DNA of 64,000 nucleotides from Nanobdellota archaeon (GCA_022561055.1 JADFRY010000001.1:121262-185261), one strand, 5' to 3'. Shown: positions 52,046 to 61,008, counted from the first letter of the stretch. The notes: generated by a model from the sequence alone, not told the origin. Program-made: numbers and translations.

Positions 52046-52568
52046 TAGATTTATTAATACTAAACTTTTCAGAGAAGTATTTTGCTCTTCTTTCTACTGT
52101 CCAATTTTGAATAGAATTATAGAATCCTATTTGAATGAAGTCATAGATATTTCTTTCAATTCTTGGTTGGTATGATAGTATTATAGCATGGGGGTCTATG
52201 AGGTCTGGTTTTTCCTCTATTATTTCTGTATTTTTTGGGGTTATTGTAGGAATAAATCCGAGTGGTTTTAAGGCGCAATAGACTGTTCTCAATTTTGCTA
52301 TTTCCCACCACCCCCACAATCTTCTATCTTCTTGATCTGCGTAGACAGAAGGAGGTTCAACTAGTTCTATAGATATTTGACCCGTATTTCTAAATTTTTT
52401 TCCTGTGTGTTCAGACACAAATCTAAGTCTTCTTTGTAAGTATCTGGGAGAATTCTGTAGAGGCATCTCGAAGGTTAGAGAGCGATCAATTAATTCTGGA
52501 TTTCTGATGGTTATTAAACTAATAAAATTGTCAAGAGAAGAGACTATTTTTGATAGGTCATCCATCAA
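52002..52568 (-). CDS. Hypothetical protein
   Basis: 188-aa ORF. Its last ~14 codons overlap the 3' end of the convergent M42 gene. No motif recognised. Confidence 0.45.
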   Translation of the reverse strand: MMDDLSKIVSSLDNFISLITIRNPELIDRSLTFEMPLQNSPRYLQRRLRFVSEHTGKKFRNTGQISIELVEPPSVYADQEDRRLWGWWEIAKLRTVYCALKPLGFIPTITPKNTEIIEEKPDLIDPHAIILSYQPRIERNIYDFIQIGFYNSIQNWTVERRAKYFSEKFSINKSTRPSTSPGDSLKIL

Positions 52569-52609
52569 AATGTTATCAAGGGGTTTGAATTTTTAAGGAT
52601 ATAGGTGAT

Positions 52610-52658
52610 TCAAGGATAATTTAGGTAATATATTTAAACGGAGTTACTTTCTAGGTTT
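52610..52658 (+). promoter_or_regulatory. Promoter region of surface-protein gene 2 (TATA-like atatttaaac)
   Basis: The sequence is tcaaggataatttaggtaatatatttaaacggagttactttctaggttt followed by ATG. It is homologous to 39701-39736 and 42791-42836. Confidence 0.4.
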
Positions 52659-55517
52659 ATGCGAAAAGAGTGGTGGATGATTATTTTAGTTTTAGTTGCT
52701 TTGTTAGTTGTCGTTGCAAGTTATAATTATATTACAACAGGTGTTCTCTTTGCTCCTAAGTTGAGTAGTGGTGGTGCTGATAGTTTTTCTGGTGAGGTTG
52801 AGAGTTTGGAAGGTGTTAGTGAGGAGGAGTTAAAGGAGGAAAGTATATTTACGAGGTATTTTGGAAATGAAGATAGAGTCGCTCCTAGGACATTTAAGGT
52901 CTTTGCAACAGATTCTAATTTTACAGGAGATGTTTTGAATAGGGCTGATGAAATTTGTAATGGTGCAGCCTCTAATGCTGGATTGAGGGGGAATTATGTG
53001 GCTTTATTGAGCACGACTAGGGAACATGCCGCGGATAAAATACAAGATGGAAAATATGTGAGAGTCGATGGAGTTAAGGTTGCAGATAACAAGAGAGATT
53101 TGTTTGATGGAACCATTGATAATCCTTTAAATGTTAATGAGTTTGGTAATGTATTGCCTACGCTTACTTGCGATAGTAATGGATTCGAGTGTAATTTAAT
53201 TTATACCGGTAGTAAGGTTGACGGCACTTTAGATCCTGGTTTTAATTGTAATGATTGGAATTCTATCTCTGCACTTTCTACAGTTGGACATTATCCAAGT
53301 GTCGATCATAATTGGATAAATACAAATAATGTTTCTTGTTCTGAAGTCTTAGGAATTTATTGTTTTGAATCTTATGTTCCTAGACCAAGTTGTAATAGGG
53401 TTTACACTGCCCAGGATTTAGATAACGTGAGGAATGATTTAGATGCTTGTTATATCCAGATGGCTGATATTGATTTGGGTAGTTGGGGTAACTGGGAACC
53501 TATTGGATACTTGGACATTAATACGTTTCCAGGCCCTAACGACAGGCCATTCACAGGGAGATATGATGGTAATGGATTTAAAATAACTAACTTTGAAATA
53601 CCTGAAGAAAATCTTTCTGCGTTATTTGCTTATTCCACAGGAGTTTTGGAGAATGTTACAATTGATGGTTTTAATATAGACAGCAGGGCGGCGCCACTTA
53701 TAGCTGTCGGTTCTTTGGTAGCAGTTAATGGAGGAGTCGTAAGAAATTCTTTGGCTAAAAATGGATTTATGAGAATCGGTTTATCCTATTTTTCAGAAGC
53801 TATTGGTGGTTTGATTGGTGCAAATATTGATGGAGATATAATGAATTCTGGAGTTAAAAATGTAACTATTTTTGGAAGTTTTACCGCTGGAGGGCTTATG
53901 GGTTTAACGTTGTATGGTATAATTGAAGGCACATATGCAGAAGATGTAAAGGTTCAAGGTCAGGGAGGATTTGTAGGAGGTCTAATTGGACGTATGCAAC
54001 ACACGAATATAACTGATTCATATGCTACGGGAAATGTTAGTGGTGGTATGAGTGTTGGAGGTCTTATAGGAAGTTTTAGAGGCTCTATGATATTTGCAAG
54101 TTCTGTAACTATTAAAAATTCTTATTCTTTTGGAATAGTTAATGGGAGTTATAATGTAGGGGGTTTAGTTGGAATTACGGTCGGAAAGGTAAATATTACA
54201 AATAGCTTTTCATCTAGTAAAGTTTCCGGGAGAAGTTCTGTAGGAGGTTTTATTGGCAGGACCAGGGTCGGGGCTAGAGGAAATTTTATTAGTAATTCTT
54301 ATGCTACCGGAGATGTGTTGGGGAGCAATAATGTTGGTGGATTTTTAGGATATAATCGAGGAACAATTAGTAATTCCTATTCAACAGGTCATGTGCTAGG
54401 AGACGGTAGGCTACCAGAAAACAGTAATGTTGGTGGGCTTTTAGGATACAATGATGGTGGAACCGTTAATAATTCCTATTCAACAGGCGATGTGGTAGGA
54501 AGGGAAAATGTGGGAGGACTTTTAGGACAAAATAATGAGAACGGAATAATTAGTAATTCTTATTCAACAGGTAGTGTGTCAGGGTTTAGTGCTGGCGGTG
54601 GTGGATTGGTAGGAATTAACCAGATGGGAGGACTTATCAGTAATTCTTACTGGGACATTGAAACATCTGGGCAAACCACAAGTGCCGGCGGAGTTGGAAA
54701 GACAACAGCGCAAATGAAAAGGCAAAACACATTTACTAATTGGGACTTTGTTAGGGTTTGGGATATTGCAGAAGATATAACTTATCCATTCTTGAGATGG
54801 CAACTCGAGGAGGGATTGATTGTACACTATAAGTTTGATGAACTTGCGAACGGCAAGACTCCGGACAGTTCTGCATATAGATATGATGCGGATGTTTTTG
54901 CAGCGGGGTTGGTTCCTGGAAAGATAGATGGAGCTCTTAATTTTAGCGGATGGAGAGGCCGTGTTCTCGTGGAAGATACTCCATTTTTGTATTCGGATGA
55001 AGAGATGACTATTTCAGCCTGGGTTAATACGAGGAAAAAATGGAAACCATCTCAGACTATTGTTTGGAAAGGTAATCCTGATGGGAGTCCTGGCGCTGTT
55101 AGCAGTGATAACAGGGAGTTTGCTTTATTCTTGTTGGGAGCTAGGGACAATAGCACTGGTGGATTTAATAGTAAAGTGCAGTTAGCTTTTACCCCAGAGA
55201 ATAGGATTGGAATTGGACAATATGCATGCACGACAATCACATTTCCTATTAGAGCAGAAAATTGGTGGTATCATGTTGCCGGCGTTATCGATGTTAGAAA
55301 CCGAGTAATGAAGATTTATGTCGATGGAGTAAAAGTTAAGACATGTAATATTTCTAGCGTATCAAATATTAGAAATACAAATGGTTCGTTGGTTGTAGGG
55401 AATAAGATGCCGTTGCCTGCGGGTAGCAGCGCAGGATTTACAGGGAAGATAGATGATGTTAGAATTTATAGTAAGGTTTTAAGTGATGCGGAAATCTTAG
55501 AGTTAGCTCAAGGATAG
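52659..55517 (+). CDS. Large membrane-anchored surface protein 2 (paralog of 39737..42790)
   Basis: It has the same architecture as gene 1: TM anchor, lectin-like Cys domain, GLUG repeats, YWDIETSGQTTSAGGVGKTTAQMKRQNTF.NWDF motif and LamG-like C-terminus. It is 952 aa against 1017 aa, and the central repeats are not colinear. Confidence 0.85.
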   Translation: MRKEWWMIILVLVALLVVVASYNYITTGVLFAPKLSSGGADSFSGEVESLEGVSEEELKEESIFTRYFGNEDRVAPRTFKVFATDSNFTGDVLNRADEICNGAASNAGLRGNYVALLSTTREHAADKIQDGKYVRVDGVKVADNKRDLFDGTIDNPLNVNEFGNVLPTLTCDSNGFECNLIYTGSKVDGTLDPGFNCNDWNSISALSTVGHYPSVDHNWINTNNVSCSEVLGIYCFESYVPRPSCNRVYTAQDLDNVRNDLDACYIQMADIDLGSWGNWEPIGYLDINTFPGPNDRPFTGRYDGNGFKITNFEIPEENLSALFAYSTGVLENVTIDGFNIDSRAAPLIAVGSLVAVNGGVVRNSLAKNGFMRIGLSYFSEAIGGLIGANIDGDIMNSGVKNVTIFGSFTAGGLMGLTLYGIIEGTYAEDVKVQGQGGFVGGLIGRMQHTNITDSYATGNVSGGMSVGGLIGSFRGSMIFASSVTIKNSYSFGIVNGSYNVGGLVGITVGKVNITNSFSSSKVSGRSSVGGFIGRTRVGARGNFISNSYATGDVLGSNNVGGFLGYNRGTISNSYSTGHVLGDGRLPENSNVGGLLGYNDGGTVNNSYSTGDVVGRENVGGLLGQNNENGIISNSYSTGSVSGFSAGGGGLVGINQMGGLISNSYWDIETSGQTTSAGGVGKTTAQMKRQNTFTNWDFVRVWDIAEDITYPFLRWQLEEGLIVHYKFDELANGKTPDSSAYRYDADVFAAGLVPGKIDGALNFSGWRGRVLVEDTPFLYSDEEMTISAWVNTRKKWKPSQTIVWKGNPDGSPGAVSSDNREFALFLLGARDNSTGGFNSKVQLAFTPENRIGIGQYACTTITFPIRAENWWYHVAGVIDVRNRVMKIYVDGVKVKTCNISSVSNIRNTNGSLVVGNKMPLPAGSSAGFTGKIDDVRIYSKVLSDAEILELAQG
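52878..53378 (+). repeat. 501-bp near-identical block shared with 39983..40483
   Basis: See the partner repeat at 39983..40483. The offset between copies is 12895 nt, in direct orientation. Confidence 0.85.
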
Positions 55518-55622
55518 TATTATATTTTCTAAAAACAACAAGAACATTTGTCGAAAGACTTAAATACTCTTTTTTATTAGTAATATCTAATAGGTATCTA
55601 TTGATATCTAAAAAGTATTAAA

Positions 55623-55934
55623 ATGGCAAGTGGAAAATTAGAGTTCAGGGATATGGAAGTTATTGAGAAAAAAGGAAGAAAAATACTTAGGTATCCAAAT
55701 CTAAGTACTGTGTTGATGGTAGAGAATTTCTTGAAAGAGCATAGAGATATGCCTATGAAGATTTCCGAGATAAAAAGGGGTCTCTCTAAGAAAGTCATGC
55801 ACCAAACCCTGATTGTCATATTGGATTATCTACAATTAAGTGGGAAGATTATAATTGGAACGAAAGGAGTTCAGTGGATATACATAGGCAGAGAACATTT
55901 AGAAAAGATGCTCAAGGGCAGTTTAGAGGTTTAA
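55623..55934 (+). CDS. Hypothetical winged-helix-like protein (possible antitoxin or regulator of the adjacent decayed toxin gene)
   Basis: 103-aa ORF. PMKISEIKRGLSKKVMHQTLIVILDYLQLSGKIIIG looks like a wHTH. Its stop lies 1 nt before the RelE-like ATG. Confidence 0.45.
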   Translation: MASGKLEFRDMEVIEKKGRKILRYPNLSTVLMVENFLKEHRDMPMKISEIKRGLSKKVMHQTLIVILDYLQLSGKIIIGTKGVQWIYIGREHLEKMLKGSLEV

Positions 55935-55935
55935 C

Positions 55936-56283
55936 ATGTTTTTAGGAAAAGAGGTTAGAATATTTTTTAGAGGAAAGGCGAAAGAAAACTTTTTGGAATT
56001 GAAGAAAAGAGATGATAAGGAGTCTAAAGCACTTGTTAAATCTATAGAGAGGATTATTGAAATACTAAAAGATAATCCTTAGTACGGGAACCCGATTAGA
56101 AAAGAATTAATTCCTAAGGAATTAAAGAACCGAGAAATAACAAACATTTATAGAGTTGAACTTTCTAATTACTGGAGATTGCTTTATACGTTGGAAGGTA
56201 CAAAGATTGAAATATTCTTATTTATTTTGAGTATTATTGATCATCCGGCTTATAATAAGTTGTTTGGATATAGGAAGAGGTAA
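55936..56283 (+). pseudogene. RelE/ParE-superfamily toxin gene interrupted by an in-frame TAG
   Basis: Hand translation gives MFLGKEVRIFFRGKAKENFLELKKRDDKESKALVKSIERIIEILKDNP*YGNPIRKELIPKELKNREITNIYRVELSNYWRLLYTLEGTKIEIFLFILSIIDHPAYNKLFGYRKR. The stop is at 56080-56082. The motifs NP.YGNPI, WRLLYT and DH..Y.K.FGY are typical of this toxin family. Confidence 0.65.
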
Positions 56284-56350
56284 TCATCATATCAAGGAAT
56301 AGTTATATAAATCTGGTTGGTGGTTTTATTAGTGTTTTAGAAGAGGTTTT

Positions 56351-57814
56351 ATGGAATACTTAAATTACATAAATGGAGAGTGGGTGAAGAGTGTTTCTGG
56401 AGAAACTTTTGAAAGTAAAAATCCTGCAAATGAGAGAGTTATTGGGAAGTTTCAGAAAAGCAATGAAGAAGATGTGAAAGTCGCCATAAATGCTGCCGAG
56501 AATGCTTATGAGAATTGGTCGGAAATGCCTGCTGCAAAGAGAGGTGAAATTCTTTTTAGAGCTGCCGATCTTCTTATGAAAAATAAGCAAAAACTTGGAA
56601 AGTTAGTTGCGACAGAGATGGGAAAAGTTTTGTCTGAAAGTTTAGGTGATGTACAAGAAGCAATTGATGTGACTTATTATATGGCTGCTGAAGGTAGAAG
56701 ACTTTTTGGTCATACTACAACTTCTGAGTTGCGAGATAAATTTTGCATGACTATAAGAGTACCGATAGGAATTGTTGGTTGTATTACTCCATGGAATTTT
56801 CCTACTGCTATTCCTTCTTGGAAAATAATGCCTGCTTTGATATGTGGTAATACTATAATTTTTAAGCCAAGTTCTGATACTCCTTTGTGTGCTGTTGAGT
56901 TTGTAAAGATACTAGTAAAGGCAGGAGTTCCCAAAGGAGTACTTAATTTAGTTACTGGTCCAGGAGGAACTGTAGGAAAAGAAATTGTGAAAAATAAAAA
57001 AATAAGAGGAATTTCTTTTACAGGTCATAGAAATACAGGAAAATGGATTTTACAAAATGCCGGAATAAAAAGAATTGGCTTAGAACTTGGAAGTAAGAAT
57101 GGTATAATAATTATGGATGATGCAAACTTAGAAATTGCCTTGGATGGTGTGATATGGGGGGCTTTTGGAACAACCGGGCAAAGATGTACTGCCGCGAGTA
57201 GAGTCATTGTTCATAAAAAAGTGAAAAAGAAATTTGAGAATATGTTAGTTAATAGAGTTAAAAAATTAAAGCTTGGCAGTGGTTTAAATCCTGGAGTCGA
57301 TGTTGGACCACTTATAAATAAAGCAGCACTCGAAAAAGTAACTAGTTATGTTGAAATAGGAAAGAGAGAAGGAGCAAAATTATTAATAGGAGGCAAACCT
57401 GTCAAAGTTAAAGGAAAAGGTTATTTCTTTACTCCCAGTATTTTTACAAATTGTAACATAGATATGAATATTTGCCAAGATGAAATTTTTGGTCCTGTCG
57501 TTGCAATTATTGAAGCAAAAAATTTTGATGATGCAATTAAAAAAATAAATTCTGTAGATTATGGATTAAGTTCTGCAATTTACACAGAAAATATTAGGTA
57601 CGCATTTAAGGCTATGAAAAAAATAGAAGCTGGTTTAACATACATAAATAGCTCAACGATAGGGAGTGAAATTCATTTGCCTTTTGGTGGAGTAAAGCAA
57701 AGCGGTAATGCCAGAGAAGGAGGAATTCATGGTATCGATGAGTTTAGTGAAATAAAAACAATTTACTTTGATTATTCAGGAAGATTACAAAAGGCGCAAA
57801 TCGACACTTCGTGA
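56351..57814 (+). CDS. NAD(P)-dependent aldehyde dehydrogenase family protein
   Basis: PWNFP, FKPSSDTP, FTGHRNTGKWI, the ELGSKNG catalytic Glu region, the GQRCTAASR catalytic Cys region and EIFGPV are all present. Confidence 0.85.
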   Translation: MEYLNYINGEWVKSVSGETFESKNPANERVIGKFQKSNEEDVKVAINAAENAYENWSEMPAAKRGEILFRAADLLMKNKQKLGKLVATEMGKVLSESLGDVQEAIDVTYYMAAEGRRLFGHTTTSELRDKFCMTIRVPIGIVGCITPWNFPTAIPSWKIMPALICGNTIIFKPSSDTPLCAVEFVKILVKAGVPKGVLNLVTGPGGTVGKEIVKNKKIRGISFTGHRNTGKWILQNAGIKRIGLELGSKNGIIIMDDANLEIALDGVIWGAFGTTGQRCTAASRVIVHKKVKKKFENMLVNRVKKLKLGSGLNPGVDVGPLINKAALEKVTSYVEIGKREGAKLLIGGKPVKVKGKGYFFTPSIFTNCNIDMNICQDEIFGPVVAIIEAKNFDDAIKKINSVDYGLSSAIYTENIRYAFKAMKKIEAGLTYINSSTIGSEIHLPFGGVKQSGNAREGGIHGIDEFSEIKTIYFDYSGRLQKAQIDTS

Positions 57815-58065
57815 TCGATTTGCTGACAGAAAATTTCCAAGACATTTGGAGGAAATTTCCTGAGGCTCAAATTGATATAAAATAGATTAGAAACGTTTAT
57901 ATATTTTTAACAAATAATCATACAAAGAGGTAATTTTTTATGGGAGATAAAAAAGGAAGTAAGAAAACAGGGAAAAAACTAAAAAAGAGAAAAGTTTCCA
58001 AGAAAAACGACAGCAAAGTTTGTAAAATCTGTTGATAGCATAGTTAATCCTGCTATAATTGAAAG

Positions 58066-58944
58066 ATGTTAAAAAATGAAAAAAAGAGGTTTTCTAAATT
58101 AGTTTTAATTTTGATTTTTATTTTGTTAGGCATTATAGTTTTTGCTTCAATTAATGTTTTTGCACATGAAGGAGAAGAAGGAGAGCATGACGAGCGCGAA
58201 ATTATCCTGCCCCAGCAGGGAATTGATTGGGCAAGTCCTGTTCCTTATGTAGTTTTATCAGCATTATGGTTAATTGCTTTTACGATATTGTTATTAATTA
58301 TAAGAGTAGAAAATATAGGGAATTATAAAAAATTATTTTTCTGGCTCATGATAATTCCTATTGTTTTGTCTTCGTTATATCTCGCAGGCAATACAATTTA
58401 TGAAAATATTGTTTCTGAGACTGGCGGTCCTGTACATTGGCATGCAGATTATCAAGTTTTGGTTTGTGGAGAAAGACTTGATTTAATTGATCCAGAAGGA
58501 TTGAGTAATAGAATAGGAACCACTATTTTACATGAGCATGGGGATGATAGAATTCATTTGGAAGGAACTTTGCGAGAGGTTAAAGATGCAAGTTTAGGAA
58601 GATATTTTCAGGCAATTGGAGGCGAGCTTGAATCTGCGCCCGGACATTTAATTTATCCAACAGAGGACAAGGGAATTATTAATTATCAAAATGGGGATCT
58701 TTGTCCTGATGGTTCTCTTGGAACTTTGAAAGTTTATGTTAATGGAAAAAGAATCGATGATTTTGAGAATTATGTAATTTATCCTGATTCACGTGTTCCT
58801 CCTGGAGATTGTGTTATTATTGCGTTTGATGGAAGTGAGAGAGTGACGACAGATATTTTGTGTGAGAGTTGGGAAGCACAAGGATGGAGTTATGATGATT
58901 TTAAAAGAAGAAAGGTTACAATAGGAGAAAAAATATGGCAGTAG
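58066..58944 (+). CDS. Membrane protein with a His/Glu-rich extracytoplasmic segment and a C-terminal His- and Cys-containing domain
   Basis: Signal anchor, then HEGEEGEHDERE, two more TM helices, then GPVHWHADYQVLVCGERL...LHEHGDDRIHLEG...CPDG...GDCVIIAF. The function is unknown. Confidence 0.55.
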   Translation: MLKNEKKRFSKLVLILIFILLGIIVFASINVFAHEGEEGEHDEREIILPQQGIDWASPVPYVVLSALWLIAFTILLLIIRVENIGNYKKLFFWLMIIPIVLSSLYLAGNTIYENIVSETGGPVHWHADYQVLVCGERLDLIDPEGLSNRIGTTILHEHGDDRIHLEGTLREVKDASLGRYFQAIGGELESAPGHLIYPTEDKGIINYQNGDLCPDGSLGTLKVYVNGKRIDDFENYVIYPDSRVPPGDCVIIAFDGSERVTTDILCESWEAQGWSYDDFKRRKVTIGEKIWQ

Positions 58945-58960
58945 AAGTTGGAGGTGAATT

Positions 58961-59668
58961 ATGGCAGTAGAAATTACTTTACCGACGTTGGTGACAGTTT
59001 TAGTGACAGCAGCAGTTGATTCTATAAATCCTTGTGCAATAGGAGTTCTTATTCTTTTGATTTCTGTACTCGTAGTTACAAAAAAAAGAGATAAAATGCT
59101 TAAAATTGGATTCCTCTATATCGGGGCAGTATACTTAACTTATTTTATATTTGGTCTTGGTTTAATTGCATTTCTTACCTCAGTCCCTATTGTCTTAGCA
59201 CAATATATCTCAATAGCTGTTGGCCTTTTGGTCATTTTTGGTGGTATTATCGAGATAAAAGATTATTTCTGGTATGGTTTAGGATTTTCATTAATGATTC
59301 CTCACAAATATGCCAAAAAAATAAAAGAAAAAATGAAAAAAATGACAGTAGGAACCATTATATTTTTGGGAGTATTTGTTGCTGCTGTAGAGCTTCCATG
59401 CACAGGCGGACCTTATCTTGCAATAACTCTATTATTATCACAAAACTTTAATATCACGGCATTCTTTCTTCTTGTAATTTATAATATTATATTTGTCATG
59501 CCTCTTTTGATAATATTATTGCTTGTTGTTTTTGGAATAAAGATTCAAAACATTCAAAAATGGAAACAAGCTAATAAAGCATATATGAGATTAATAACAG
59601 GACTCGTGCTTGTTGGATTAGGATGGTTACTTATATTAATCGCAAACGGCACAATAAACCTTAATTAA
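58961..59668 (+). CDS. DsbD/CcdA-family transmembrane protein (fourth copy in the window)
   Basis: AVDSINPCAIGVLILL and VELPCTGGPYLAITLL give the two-Cys-in-TM signature. The protein is polytopic. Confidence 0.7.
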   Translation: MAVEITLPTLVTVLVTAAVDSINPCAIGVLILLISVLVVTKKRDKMLKIGFLYIGAVYLTYFIFGLGLIAFLTSVPIVLAQYISIAVGLLVIFGGIIEIKDYFWYGLGFSLMIPHKYAKKIKEKMKKMTVGTIIFLGVFVAAVELPCTGGPYLAITLLLSQNFNITAFFLLVIYNIIFVMPLLIILLLVVFGIKIQNIQKWKQANKAYMRLITGLVLVGLGWLLILIANGTINLN

Positions 59669-59692
59669 GATGAAAAGGAGGATAACTAAACA

Positions 59693-59956
59693 ATGAAGTG
59701 TGTTGTAAAAAGAAAAGGCATTGAGGAACCGTATGATGAAAAGAAAGTTTATGCATCTTGCTATGCTGCAGCACTTAATTGCCATTACAGCGAGAAAAAA
59801 TCTGAGAAGATTGCTTACGACGTAATGAAAAAAATTAATGCGTGGATAAAGAAGAAAAAATCAGTGGGTTCGAAAGAAATCAGGGATAAAGTCATTTCTA
59901 ATTTGAAAGATAGGGATGTGGCTTTAATGTATGAACATCATTTGGATCTTTCTTAG
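59693..59956 (+). CDS. Stand-alone ATP-cone domain protein
   Basis: MKCVVKRKGIEEPYDEKKVYASCYAAAL...SKEIRDKVISNLKDRDVALMYEHH follows the ATP-cone pattern (V.KR.G..E.Y...K). Confidence 0.65.
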   Translation: MKCVVKRKGIEEPYDEKKVYASCYAAALNCHYSEKKSEKIAYDVMKKINAWIKKKKSVGSKEIRDKVISNLKDRDVALMYEHHLDLS

Positions 59957-59961
59957 AGAAA

Positions 59962-60927
59962 ATGATTTATGAAATTTTTATCGGTCTTATTAGTGTTTTA
60001 GGATTACTTATTGGAGCAGAGCTGGTTATTCATAATGCGAGAATTATTGCGCACAAACTTAGAATTTCCGATTTTTTTATTGGTTTAACTATATTTTCTA
60101 TTGGAACAAGTTTGCCAGAGATTGCCACTCATATAATTGCGAGTATTGACATTTTGAGAGGGGTTGATTTTCAAACAATGTCGGGGCTTGCTGTAGGAAC
60201 AAATGTCGGTTCTAATATAATTCAAATAACTCTGATTATTGGCATCGTGGCTTTTTTTGGAGTTTTAAAAGCAAAAAGGAAATTCTTGAGAGTAGACTAT
60301 GTTATGATGCTGGGCTCTATACTAATTTTATTTTTATTTTCACTGAATGGAATAATCTCAAGATTAGAAGGAGCTATTTTATTTTTCCTTTATGTGGCAT
60401 ATCTTATTTATCTTATAATAGATGAGAAAATTCCGAAGAAATTAATTGCCAGCCATTTAAAAGAAAAAGATAAGTTTCATTTATATATTTCTTTAGTCAT
60501 AATAATTGCTGGTTTAGTTATTTTGTTATTGAGTGCTGATAAAATTGCCGAGTTGACTTTATTTTTCTCGGCTAAATATTTAATATCCGGTTCTCTTCTT
60601 GGGACTTTGATTGTTGGTGTAAGCACTGCGCTTCCTGAGTTTACTACTGCAATCTTTGCTCTTAGAAAAAAAAGTTCTGGAATGTCTCTTGGAACATTAG
60701 TCGGGAGTAATATTACAAATCCTTTGATGGCATTAGGAATAGGCGCTATGATATCGACATATTCTATAGATAAGTCTATTTTATGGTATGACATTCCATT
60801 TTGGTTTTTAACATCCTTGATTTTGTTAGCTATAATGTGGCGTACGAAAACGTTAACAAAGAAAGGAGGAATATTCTTAATCCTTGCATATATTTTATTT
60901 GTGATTGTCAGGATTTATTTGTTCTAG
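59962..60927 (+). CDS. Ca2+/cation antiporter (CaCA family, YrbG/NCX-like)
   Basis: Two alpha-repeats are present, GLTIFSIGTSLPEIATHI and GTLIVGVSTALPEFTTAIFA. There are ~10 TM helices. Confidence 0.85.
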   Translation: MIYEIFIGLISVLGLLIGAELVIHNARIIAHKLRISDFFIGLTIFSIGTSLPEIATHIIASIDILRGVDFQTMSGLAVGTNVGSNIIQITLIIGIVAFFGVLKAKRKFLRVDYVMMLGSILILFLFSLNGIISRLEGAILFFLYVAYLIYLIIDEKIPKKLIASHLKEKDKFHLYISLVIIIAGLVILLLSADKIAELTLFFSAKYLISGSLLGTLIVGVSTALPEFTTAIFALRKKSSGMSLGTLVGSNITNPLMALGIGAMISTYSIDKSILWYDIPFWFLTSLILLAIMWRTKTLTKKGGIFLILAYILFVIVRIYLF

Positions 60928-61008
60928 GGTCTTAGAGATATGAAAGTTAAAGATTCCGTAGGAATCTTTTTATAGATTTATTTATTTCATTTGTGGAGAG
61001 AGGGTTGA

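Noticed and set aside
39737-55517. A diversity-generating retroelement (DGR) as the cause of variation between the two lectin-domain surface proteins.
   Set aside because: No reverse transcriptase or template repeat is visible in the window. The substitutions between the paralogs that I checked by eye are a mix of transitions and transversions at all four bases, not adenine-specific. Variation is spread over the whole repeat core, with indels, rather than confined to a short C-terminal variable repeat.
56080-56082. The in-frame TAG in the RelE-like gene as pyrrolysine or programmed readthrough, or evidence for an alternative genetic code.
   Set aside because: TAG terminates several well-supported genes in this window, for example 3381..3698, the PurH-N gene and tfe. 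No pyl genes are seen. A simple nonsense mutation is the economical explanation.
57796-57823. Perfect 9-bp hairpin GCAAATCGA-(10 nt)-TCGATTTGC spanning the ALDH stop codon, considered as a terminator.
   Set aside because: It is not followed by a T-tract. Archaeal termination generally relies on oligo-T rather than hairpins, and half of the hairpin is coding sequence. It is probably incidental, or at most an mRNA-stability element.
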